Below are positions 7,917 through 15,759 of a DNA stretch of 32,000 bases, piece by piece (the first letter of the stretch is position 1; each line of letters begins with the position of its first letter). Location: the NCBI RefSeq assembly GCF_000341895.1, contig NC_020409.1, forward strand, positions 270,001 through 302,000, given 5' to 3'. Both the position numbers and the translations under genes were made by a program. The notes below the pieces were generated by a model. It was not told the DNA's origin. It did not search any database and saw nothing but the letters and a program-made list of their open reading frames with translations. This DNA comes from Pseudodesulfovibrio piezophilus C1TLV30 (GTDB lineage Bacteria; Desulfobacterota; Desulfovibrionia; Desulfovibrionales; Desulfovibrionaceae).

Positions 7917-9392
7917 TTATACGCCAAACCAGTTAAAGGCCTCTGTTGCGTGATTCTGGTAGATGTGTTTAACCTCGGTATACTCTTCGAGGCCAGCTTT
8001 TCCCAGCTCTCGACCGAGGCCGGATTGTTTATAACCGCCCCAGGGTGCTTGAACAAAGTAGACGTTGAAGTCATTGGCCCAGATCGTGCCGAACCGAAGG
8101 GCTGAAGAGACTCTTTTAATTCGATCAGGGTCTTTGGTCCAAAAGCCTGCTGAAAGTCCGTAGATGGTGCTGTTAGCTCGTTTTACAACCTCTTCTTCAG
8201 TGGAGAATCGTTCGACAGTGATAACTGGCCCAAAGACTTCCTCCTGTACGATTTTCATGTCATTCGTGCAGTCTACAAAAAGCGTCGGCATGAAGAAAAA
8301 TCCATCCTTCAAAGTTGGATCTGTTGGAGTTGTGCCTCCTAAAATCAGCTTGGCTCCATCATCTTGTGCTATATCCATATAGCGTTGAACTTTTTTCAGA
8401 TGCTGGGCGGAAATGAGCGGCCCCATTTGAGTCTTGTCATCAAATCCATTCCCTATGACGATTTTTTCCATGCGACATTTCAGCGCTTCCACAAACTTGT
8501 CGTGGATACCGTCCTGCACCATAATTCGTGCTCCGGCTGAGCATATTTGGCCGGCATGGAAAAAGACTCCATTGAGGGCATAGTCAACGGCCAGATCAAA
8601 ATCCGCATCATCAAAGATGATATTGGGATTTTTCCCTCCCAACTCAAGGGCAACCTTTTTAACGTTTTCGGCTGCTGCGCGCATTATCGTCTTGCCGGTC
8701 GATATCCCCCCTGTGAATGACACAAGGTCAACATCCGTGTTCTCCGCCAATTCAGCCCCAACTTCCGAGCCGATTCCAAGGACGGTATTGACTACTCCCC
8801 TGGGAAAGCCCACTTCTTCGGCAAGCTCTGTCACTTTGAGCGTGGTCAAGGGGGTGATCTCGCTTGGTTTCATGACAATGGTACATCCTGCAGCAAGCGC
8901 CGGGGCCATTTTCCAGGAAGCCTGGAGGAGGGGATAGTTCCACGGTGATATCTGTCCACAAACACCAACAGGCTCACGAACGAGAGTACTGGATGATGAT
9001 GGGTTCGGAGAGGCTATGACTTCTCCGGCATCTTTATCTGCTAATCCGGCAAAGTAGCGAAAGATGCCTGCTATGTCGGCCATATCCCACCGGCTTTCTT
9101 CAAGCGTCTTGCCTGTATCGAGACTTTCAAGTCGTGCCAATTCTTCTTGATCGCGTTCGATAAGATCTGCCAATTTAAAGAGAAGCCGCGCTCGTTCCGT
9201 TGCCGGAGTCTGTGGCCAGCCTCCATTGTCGAACGCGTTTCTAGCCGCTTTGATAGCCGCAATGGCATCCTCTCGTCCGCCTTCGGCAACTGTGGTTATA
9301 ACCGATGCGTCGTAAGGATTGATTATATCGCGTTTCTTGCCTGATTTGGCTTCAACCCATTGACCGTCGATATAGAGCTTGCTGCGTGTCAT
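7917..9392 (-). CDS. betB: Betaine-aldehyde dehydrogenase (ALDH superfamily)
   Basis: 491 aa. ALDH catalytic motifs are ELGGKNP (Glu) and FFHAGQICSAGAR (Cys). The N-terminus LYIDGQWVEA is typical of BetB/GbsA. It sits between a GMC oxidoreductase and a betaine-binding protein. Confidence 0.85.
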   Translation of the reverse strand: MTRSKLYIDGQWVEAKSGKKRDIINPYDASVITTVAEGGREDAIAAIKAARNAFDNGGWPQTPATERARLLFKLADLIERDQEELARLESLDTGKTLEESRWDMADIAGIFRYFAGLADKDAGEVIASPNPSSSSTLVREPVGVCGQISPWNYPLLQASWKMAPALAAGCTIVMKPSEITPLTTLKVTELAEEVGFPRGVVNTVLGIGSEVGAELAENTDVDLVSFTGGISTGKTIMRAAAENVKKVALELGGKNPNIIFDDADFDLAVDYALNGVFFHAGQICSAGARIMVQDGIHDKFVEALKCRMEKIVIGNGFDDKTQMGPLISAQHLKKVQRYMDIAQDDGAKLILGGTTPTDPTLKDGFFFMPTLFVDCTNDMKIVQEEVFGPVITVERFSTEEEVVKRANSTIYGLSAGFWTKDPDRIKRVSSALRFGTIWANDFNVYFVQAPWGGYKQSGLGRELGKAGLEEYTEVKHIYQNHATEAFNWFGV

Positions 9393-9412
9393 CGGTGTCC
9401 TCTCATTACTTT

Positions 9413-11050
9413 TTATTGTTCGTGTTTATAAAAGGGGAGATTCTCCGGGGCAAGTGGGGTATTGCCAAGGATTATGTCTGCAGCTTTTTCTGCAATCATC
9501 ATAACTGGTGCGTAAATATTACCATTTGTCACATATGGCATGACTGAGGCATCAACAACACGGAGTCCTTCAACGCCATGGACCCGCAGTTGAGAATCCG
9601 TAACAGCCATATCATGGGTACCCATAGCGCAGGTACAACTTGGATGGTAAGCGGATTCTCCTTCATTTGCGACAAAGTCGAGAATCTCTTCATCGGTTTG
9701 TGCTTGTTTTCCAGGTGCCAATTCTTCACCTCGGAATTCATCAAAGGCTGGTTGAGTCATTATTTCACGTGTTTTTCTGATTGCTTCAACCCATTCACGG
9801 CGTTCTTGTTCCGTGGAGAGATAGTTGAACAGGATACTGGGATATTGCGCCGGATCGGAGGATTTGATTTTTACATGACCTCGAATATCCGTATTCATTG
9901 GGCCCACATGGACTTGATATCCATGTCCGGTATTTGGGGCAGAGCCATCGTAACGAATGGCGATAGGGAGAAAATGGTACTGGAGGTTGGGATATTTCAC
10001 ATTCTCGTTGCCTCGGATAAATCCACCGGCTTCGAAATGATTCGTTGCAGCTTCTCCTTTGCCAGCCAACAGCCACTTGAGTCCGATGAGAGGCTGGTTG
10101 TACCATTTGAGAGCGGGATACATGCTGACAGGTTTTTTACAAGCATATTGAACATAGAGTTCAAGGTGATCCTGAAGATTTTCGCCGACACCCGGAAGAT
10201 TCTGAACAACATCAATTCCGAGAGAAGAAAGTTCTTCTCCGTTTCCAATTCCGGAAAGTTGCAGTAATTGAGGAGAGTTGATAGCTCCACCGCAGCTTAT
10301 TATTTCACCAGCGTAGGCTTTGAATGTTTTTTTGCCTCGGGTATATTCCACGCCAACTGCGCGCTTTCCTTCAAAAAGAATACGCGTTGTCAGAGCTTTG
10401 CATTTGACAGTCAGGTTTCGACGTTTTTTTACTGGGTGAATGTAGGCGCGAGCGGCATTCCACCGACGACCTTGAAACGTGTTGCGATCAAATTTGCCGA
10501 ATCCTTCCTGTTGGTATCCGTTAACATCTTTAGTCAGAGGATACCCCGCTTGCTGAACCGCATCGAAAAAGGCTCCAAACAGAGGATTATCATTTTCTGG
10601 TGTTGTTAAGTAGAGAGGACCAACAGCTCCTTGATATTCATCAGCACCGGATGTGTGGCATTCGAAACGCTTGAAATACGGAAGGCAGTGGGAGTATGAC
10701 CAGTTCTCAAGCCCATCTTCCTGAGCCCATTTTTCATAGTCCAGGGCATTTCCTCGGATGTAGATCATTCCGTTGACACTACTGGAGCCACCAAGCACCT
10801 TGCCTCTTGGCTGATAGATGCGTCGATTATTCATGTAGGGTTCCGGTTCGGATTCATACCACCAATTGTAGGTTTTCCCTGCAAGGGGATAGGTAAGGGC
10901 AGCGGGCATATGAATTCTGAAATCCAATTTGAAGTCTGGATATCCAGCCTCAAGCACAAGAACTTTATTTTCAGGGTTGGCACTCAAACGGTTTGCCAAG
11001 ACTGAACCTGCGGATCCACCACCGACGATAATGTAATCATACTGCTTCAT
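9413..11050 (-). CDS. betA: Choline dehydrogenase-like GMC flavoprotein
   Basis: N-terminal FAD fold YDYIIVGGGSAGSVLANRLS, GMC signature GKVLGGSSSVNGMIYIRG, and C-terminal HPSCTCAMG...VVDASVMP. Substrate is assigned from context with betB. Confidence 0.8.
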   Translation of the reverse strand: MKQYDYIIVGGGSAGSVLANRLSANPENKVLVLEAGYPDFKLDFRIHMPAALTYPLAGKTYNWWYESEPEPYMNNRRIYQPRGKVLGGSSSVNGMIYIRGNALDYEKWAQEDGLENWSYSHCLPYFKRFECHTSGADEYQGAVGPLYLTTPENDNPLFGAFFDAVQQAGYPLTKDVNGYQQEGFGKFDRNTFQGRRWNAARAYIHPVKKRRNLTVKCKALTTRILFEGKRAVGVEYTRGKKTFKAYAGEIISCGGAINSPQLLQLSGIGNGEELSSLGIDVVQNLPGVGENLQDHLELYVQYACKKPVSMYPALKWYNQPLIGLKWLLAGKGEAATNHFEAGGFIRGNENVKYPNLQYHFLPIAIRYDGSAPNTGHGYQVHVGPMNTDIRGHVKIKSSDPAQYPSILFNYLSTEQERREWVEAIRKTREIMTQPAFDEFRGEELAPGKQAQTDEEILDFVANEGESAYHPSCTCAMGTHDMAVTDSQLRVHGVEGLRVVDASVMPYVTNGNIYAPVMMIAEKAADIILGNTPLAPENLPFYKHEQ

Positions 11051-11068
11051 GTTTTTTCTCTTTAATTG

Positions 11069-11851
11069 CTATTTGTCGTTTTCTAGAAGGAAGGCTGCAT
11101 CCGATTCTTGAATGGAGGGTGTCTTATGCTCAACACATTGCCGCAATAGAACATAGTGATGTCCAATAAACGACAAGGCCCGCATCAGTTCTCCCTGAAC
11201 AATGGCGTTGGCTGTGTCACACCAATTCGTGGCGGCTTTTTTTCGGAAGATAGGGTTTTCATATAAAGCGTAGTCGTAGGAGCTAAATCCCATTTGAATG
11301 GCGTTCATGACCCATTCAAAAAGGGGATTCTGGGCCATTTGAGCCAACGTGATATTTAACTGCCTGTCTAATTCTCCACTCGTTATGAGGTCTGGAGTTG
11401 GCTCAGTGAGCATGTCTTTCAACTGCAGAGCCTTTGTTAGGAGTGCTTCTTTTTCTGCTTGCGTCGCTTGGGCCATGGCCATTTGGGTGATTGTTCTGTC
11501 GAGAGACTCACGAAACTCAATGACTTTTTCAGGAGCAATAGGGTGTTGTTTTAAGAAAAGAGCCAAAGATTCAGAAACATTGCTCACATCAAGCTGGCGA
11601 ACATACGCTCCACCTTTAGCGCCTTTTTTCACTTCAAGAAGCCCTTTTTGTTTCAGGATTTTGAGCGCTTCGCGCACAACGCCGCGTCCAGTGCCAAATT
11701 GTGATTGCATGCCTCTTTCGCTGGGTAATCGTTCGCCTGGAGCAAGTCGGCCATCCATGATTGCAGCTTCAATTTGCAATGCTATTTCTTCACTGGCTCT
11801 TCCAGCCTGGACAGGAAGGAAAAGAGAACTCTTTTTATTTTCTGGATTCAA
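11069..11851 (-). CDS. GntR-family transcriptional regulator, FadR subfamily (wHTH plus FCD domain)
   Basis: wHTH segment GERLPSERGMQSQFGTGRGVVREALKILKQKGLLEVKKGAKGGAYV, followed by an all-helical C-terminal domain. It apparently uses a TTG start at 11849-11851, because the next in-frame Met would truncate the wHTH. Confidence 0.8.
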   Translation of the reverse strand: MNPENKKSSLFLPVQAGRASEEIALQIEAAIMDGRLAPGERLPSERGMQSQFGTGRGVVREALKILKQKGLLEVKKGAKGGAYVRQLDVSNVSESLALFLKQHPIAPEKVIEFRESLDRTITQMAMAQATQAEKEALLTKALQLKDMLTEPTPDLITSGELDRQLNITLAQMAQNPLFEWVMNAIQMGFSSYDYALYENPIFRKKAATNWCDTANAIVQGELMRALSFIGHHYVLLRQCVEHKTPSIQESDAAFLLENDK

Positions 11852-11862
11852 TGGTGCTACCT
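11852..11862. promoter_or_regulatory. Imperfect GntR/FadR-type box TGGTGCTACCT
   Basis: TGGT-N3-ACCt immediately 5' of the regulator start codon. One arm is imperfect and it overlaps the RBS region. Confidence 0.3.
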
Positions 11863-11914
11863 AAAGGATGTTTTTTCGGCATTTATGAGATATAAACGTA
11901 ATTTTCCCCGTCTT

Positions 11915-11925
11915 TGGTAGTACCA
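11915..11925. promoter_or_regulatory. Predicted GntR/FadR-type operator TGGTAGTACCA (perfect palindrome)
   Basis: Perfect 5-1-5 palindrome that matches the FadR-subfamily consensus tnGT-N3-ACna. It lies 64-74 nt upstream of the regulator start. Confidence 0.5.
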
Positions 11926-12129
11926 TTCTATGGAAAGGATTAAAAAAGGTCAAGGGGGCACGTCCTTATATTCTTTCCGAAAAAAGAAATATAAGGGTTA
12001 TTATGTGAAAAGTATTTCAATGACGAAGTGTTATGAGAATTGTACGGAGGATGTGAACAGACTTTGGGGAAGAGGCAACATGTACTCTCTGTTTCGTGTT
12101 AATAGGTTGAGCCCAGGAATTGAAAAGAA

Positions 12130-12140
12130 TGGTACGACCA
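12130..12140. promoter_or_regulatory. Second predicted GntR/FadR-type operator TGGTACGACCA
   Basis: Same TGGT-N3-ACCA pattern, in the same 456-bp intergenic region. Confidence 0.45.
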
Positions 12141-12243
12141 AAAAAGTGGGCTTCTACAGAGGGGGTGTGAATACTCTTTTGATAAACCCAAGTCTCTGTA
12201 AGAAAATATAAATTTATGTGATGGGGTGAGATGAGCGGTAAAG

Positions 12244-12283
12244 AAAAAAAAGACCGCAGTTAAAATCACTGCGGCCTTTTTTT
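12244..12283. terminator. Bidirectional intrinsic terminator downstream of hisF
   Basis: A8-GACCGCAGT-taaaatc-ACTGCGGCC-T7, a 7-9 bp GC-rich stem flanked by A- and T-runs. Confidence 0.8.
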
Positions 12284-12307
12284 GTTGGATGGAAGAAGAT
12301 AAAATGG

Positions 12308-13087
12308 TTACCAGATAGAACGTATCTGGACCCCCTCGTCTTTCATGTATTGCTTGAGTTGAGGGATTGTATAATCCCCGTAGTGGACAATTGAGGCAAT
12401 CAGTGCGGCAGAGGCGCGTCCTTTTGTCACAGCTTCAACCATGTGTTGGGGACTACCAGCCCCTCCGGAAGCAATAACGGGAATGGTCACAGCTTCGGAA
12501 ATAATTCTTGTTAATTCAATGTCATAGCCAGTTTTTACACCGTCAGCGTCAATGGAGTTGAGGCAAATCTCACCAGCACCGAGAGCCTCTCCTGTTTTGG
12601 CCCATTCGACGGCATCAAGTCCCATGTATTTCCGTCCACCGTGGATAACTATCTCAAAGCCGGATGGAATCTCGTCTGACACATCTACTCGTTTGACGTC
12701 CATGCCCAAGACAACGCATTGTGCGCCAAATCGAGCAGCTCCTTCGCTGATGATGTCTGGATTCTTGACTGCTCCAGAATTGACTGAGACCTTTTCAGCA
12801 CCGGCGAGAAGTACATCACGCATATCATCGACAGTATTTATACCTCCACCTACAGAAAATGGGATGAAAATCTGAGAGGCGACTTTTTCCACGACATCCA
12901 GGAAAATTCCACGGGCCTCATGGGAGGCTGTGATATCATAAAAGACAATTTCGTCGGCGCCTTCCTCGTAATATTTTTTGGCTGTCTCAACAGGATCGCC
13001 AATGTCGACATTGCCCTCAAATTTAATACCTTTGGTTAGCCGTCCGTTTCGAACGTCGAGACAGGGAATGACTCGTTTACTCAGCAT
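12308..13087 (-). CDS. hisF: Imidazole glycerol phosphate synthase, cyclase subunit
   Basis: [34 protein letters not shown] and VIASGGAG are canonical HisF motifs. Confidence 0.95.
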   Translation of the reverse strand: MLSKRVIPCLDVRNGRLTKGIKFEGNVDIGDPVETAKKYYEEGADEIVFYDITASHEARGIFLDVVEKVASQIFIPFSVGGGINTVDDMRDVLLAGAEKVSVNSGAVKNPDIISEGAARFGAQCVVLGMDVKRVDVSDEIPSGFEIVIHGGRKYMGLDAVEWAKTGEALGAGEICLNSIDADGVKTGYDIELTRIISEAVTIPVIASGGAGSPQHMVEAVTKGRASAALIASIVHYGDYTIPQLKQYMKDEGVQIRSIW

Positions 13088-13718
13088 CGGCGGCCTCCTG
13101 ACAATAATTGTAGAAGTTTTTGAGAAATTTCAAACCGGGGCGCCCACTTTTTTCCGGATGGAACTGGACTGCCCACAATCCTTCCCGGCCGTGAACGGAG
13201 CAGAAGTCGATTCCGTATCGGGTTGTCGCGATTACATATTCTTTGGCAGGGGCAGGGAAATAACTGTGCACAAAGTAAAAATCTGCGTCAGGATCTATCC
13301 CTGCAAAAAGGTCGCATTCCTGTTGTAGCTCGACTTGGTTCCATCCCATATGGGGGACGCGGATTGGAATATTTTCATAATCTACCCAAGATGGATTGAA
13401 AAGGCGGCATTCGCCGGGGATGATTTCAAGTGCTTTTGTATTATTTTCTTCACTGTAATCCAAAAGTATCTGGCAACCGACACAGATGCCAAGCACCGGT
13501 TTTTTTTGCCAGATCAAGCTCTTGATAACTTCATCCAGGCCCGCTGAGTGCAATTCTTCCATGGCTTGCCCGGCTGCACCGACACCAGGAAATATGATCC
13601 CGCTGGCATCATTCAATTCGTCGGGGTCGTTAGTGATCTTATTCGGGATACCAAGGCTCTGAAGAGCTCGATGTACGCTAGTTTGATTTCCCGCTTTGTA
13701 GTCAAAAATGGCGAGCAT
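13077..13718 (-). CDS. hisH: Imidazole glycerol phosphate synthase, glutamine amidotransferase subunit
   Basis: [15 protein letters not shown] start with GGAGG 6 nt upstream, GICVGCQ (catalytic Cys), HMGWNQV and QFHPEKSG. The ORF-track start at 13811 adds 31 non-conserved residues. It overlaps hisF by 11 nt. Confidence 0.92.
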   Translation of the reverse strand: MLAIFDYKAGNQTSVHRALQSLGIPNKITNDPDELNDASGIIFPGVGAAGQAMEELHSAGLDEVIKSLIWQKKPVLGICVGCQILLDYSEENNTKALEIIPGECRLFNPSWVDYENIPIRVPHMGWNQVELQQECDLFAGIDPDADFYFVHSYFPAPAKEYVIATTRYGIDFCSVHGREGLWAVQFHPEKSGRPGLKFLKNFYNYCQEAADAE

Positions 13719-14029
13719 GTGTCCCTCCGATAAATTTGTCTTCATATGACCACCTAGTAAAAAAAAGTTCGGAAAACAAGGGTTTTTTCGATTTTCAGAT
13801 TTGTTTATCAAACGGTGTCTTTTGTCAGGGAGAGGTCTGAGGACTCATGATTTTGTTTGGAGCAGAACCTTGTCTGTTCTGTGAGGCTTGTTGAGGGCTG
13901 TTTTGGATTGGTGTAATTGGAAACATCGGCGATGCTGTGGTGTCTTTGGATAAGGAGGAAGCTGGCACCGACTTCCTTTCACTAATGCATGCGAAAAGGA
14001 ATCAGGGAAAAAAAGAAAGAAGCGAGGGC

Positions 14030-14815
14030 TTATTTTGCCAGGATGCGTAAGAGAAGATCACCTGTGAGTGGGCCAAGCTTTCTGCCAAGCCCCTTGAGAC
14101 GAATGGGTCTGCCGACGACAAAATCTTCAGGGAGTGTGACTTCAATCGTCTTAGGCCCCTCTGTAAATTTTTGTTCCACAGAGATGCGAACCTTTCGTCC
14201 AGGCATGAGATGTGTGGCTGAAAAGTGGACCGTTTGTTCATGGTCCATCTGGTGCTTGAGCCATGATTTGATGGAGCCAGAAACTCCTTTGGTAAAATCA
14301 AGGTTGAGAGTACGATCTCCCCAATGGAGTTGGAGTTTCCTTTTTTTGAGCTCCAGTGGTCCCTTGTAACCCGGCTGTTTTGTTCTGATTTGACTATAAA
14401 TATCCTCAAAGACTTTCTTCGCGAAGGGGTCATTGAGTATTGTCTTAAGAACCTCTTCTTCCTTGTAGTAAAATTTCTGGTGTTTTGAGCGGGTTGATTC
14501 TGTTCTTGGTTCAGCCTTGGGGGGTGTCTGCTTTTGCTGCTGTGCGTATTCTTTGGCTCCTTCCGCCTGTGTTTTTTGAGCTTTATGTGAAGTTTTTCGA
14601 TTTTTCGTTTTATTTTGGTGCTGCTTTTCCAGTAGCCCCTTGGCTATAACATATGCTTCATTTATTTCCCGAAATTTTATACTCGCGCCAGGGGTTGAGT
14701 TGAGATCGGGATGATATTTGAAGGCCAATTTTCGAAAGGCGGATTTGACTTCATCTAATCCAGCCCCGGATTTGATGTTGAGTATTCGATAACATTCCTG
14801 AAGTGTCATGGACAA
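14030..14815 (-). CDS. J-domain protein with Lys/Gln-rich linker and a single DnaJ-C-like domain
   Basis: J domain CYRILNIKSGAGLDEVKSAFRKLAFKYHPDLN (HPD) ...INEAY. The C-terminus IEVTLPEDFVVGRPIRLKGLGRKLGPLTGDLLLRI resembles the DnaJ/CbpA C-terminal beta domain. There is no zinc-finger CxxCxGxG repeat. Confidence 0.8.
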   Translation of the reverse strand: MSMTLQECYRILNIKSGAGLDEVKSAFRKLAFKYHPDLNSTPGASIKFREINEAYVIAKGLLEKQHQNKTKNRKTSHKAQKTQAEGAKEYAQQQKQTPPKAEPRTESTRSKHQKFYYKEEEVLKTILNDPFAKKVFEDIYSQIRTKQPGYKGPLELKKRKLQLHWGDRTLNLDFTKGVSGSIKSWLKHQMDHEQTVHFSATHLMPGRKVRISVEQKFTEGPKTIEVTLPEDFVVGRPIRLKGLGRKLGPLTGDLLLRILAK

Positions 14816-14825
14816 AGCCTCATAA

Positions 14826-15263
14826 TTAATCGTCAGAAATCAAAGCATTGGGAGAGCAATCAGGATCATACCGCAAAAGCTCTTCATCTCGCAAATACTG
14901 TTTTCCTTGGCGAACGAATTCATCATGTCCTGATTTTGGATTTACTCCAGGGCAATATTCCTGGATCATTTCCCAGCTTGAAGCATCTATGAGATTACCT
15001 CGAAAATAAGGCCAAGCTCGACAAATATCGGGTCTTCCCGGATGGACTCCGCAACCTTCCTTGAAGAAGAAACAGTACCCGTCATTCCCTGTGATCAAGT
15101 GGAGTTTTCCTCCTCGTTTCTCACTGTATCGAGCAATAAGTTCTTCCACATCGATATTTAGGTGCGCAGCAAGGCGGATGCGATCTTTCTCAGTCAGCAC
15201 AATTCCACCCTCACCATGACAGCAGTGGCCACACATTTTGCATTCAAAAGCAGGTTTTTTCAT
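14826..15263 (-). CDS. YkgJ/UPF0153-type Cys-cluster (CxxCxxCC) protein
   Basis: CKMCGHCCH near the N-terminus plus later conserved Cys residues (GYCFFF, GCGVHPGRPDICRAWP). The start ATG overlaps the upstream stop as ATGA. Confidence 0.75.
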   Translation of the reverse strand: MKKPAFECKMCGHCCHGEGGIVLTEKDRIRLAAHLNIDVEELIARYSEKRGGKLHLITGNDGYCFFFKEGCGVHPGRPDICRAWPYFRGNLIDASSWEMIQEYCPGVNPKSGHDEFVRQGKQYLRDEELLRYDPDCSPNALISDD

Positions 15264-15679
15264 TGTCTCATTCCCAGGCGTCGCAATTCAACTTTAAGAC
15301 ATCGGTTTTCAACCACAGTGATGCCGCTTTTATGCAAGATATCACGAGCCTCGGAACTGGATATACCAGACTGCATCCAAAAGCATCCAGGGGAGGGGGA
15401 CATCTCAAGCGCCTCCTGAGCATGCAGAGGACAGGCGTCGGCATGGCGAAAGACATCAATAATATCAACAGGAATAGGTATCTCTTTGATTGATTTGTAC
15501 GTCTTGAGTCCCCACACATCTTTTCGGTTGGGGTGGACCGGTATAATATTATATCCCATCGCAATCATTTCACGAGCGACCCCATTTACTGGTCGGTTGG
15601 GTTTATCAACTGCACCCACTATGGCAATGGTCTTGACCTTATTGAGCAGGGCTATTAGCTCTTTATCACTGTACTGCAT
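15260..15679 (-). CDS. CoA-binding domain protein (YccU/YneT-like)
   Basis: KTIAIVGAVDKPNRPVNGVAREMIAMGYNIIPVHP...VDIIDVFR...FWMQSG matches the CoA_binding_2 pattern. I chose Met at 15679, with AAGGA 7 nt upstream. The longer ORF-track start at 15874 would overlap the divergent peptidase gene. Confidence 0.75.
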   Translation of the reverse strand: MQYSDKELIALLNKVKTIAIVGAVDKPNRPVNGVAREMIAMGYNIIPVHPNRKDVWGLKTYKSIKEIPIPVDIIDVFRHADACPLHAQEALEMSPSPGCFWMQSGISSSEARDILHKSGITVVENRCLKVELRRLGMRQ

Positions 15680-15759
15680 TTCTTTTCCTTGTTTGGGAGA
15701 AGATCCTTTTACAGTAATCCAACTCCATTGCCTAGTTGTTATATCCAGGGAGTCATACC

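Noticed and set aside
9578-10267. 229-aa plus-strand ORF inside betA
   Set aside because: It is antisense to a gene with clear GMC oxidoreductase signatures and its composition is not protein-like. The same reasoning applies to 11349-11864 (antisense to the GntR gene), 12552-12875 and 12978-13328 (antisense to hisF/hisH), and 8617-8937 (antisense to betB).
11930-12211. 93-aa plus-strand ORF in the gntR-hisF intergenic region
   Set aside because: It has no RBS, a Lys/Gly/Tyr/Asn-rich composition and no motif, so it is probably non-coding. The region is reported as a finding instead.
12305-12313. TGGTTACCA palindrome at the hisF stop codon
   Set aside because: Its spacing is N1, not N3 as in the other boxes, and it overlaps coding sequence. 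A similar TGGTTACCA occurs inside ssb (about 6568-6576), so it is likely chance.
13077-13087. hisH and hisF adjacent, with an 11-nt overlap and no hisA between them
   Set aside because: Split his clusters with hisH-hisF adjacency are common. An overlap is ordinary translational coupling.
13719-13811. ORF-track N-terminal extension of hisH
   Set aside because: HisH proteins start at the MxxIxDYxxGN motif. That Met (13718) has a GGAGG RBS and the upstream Met does not.
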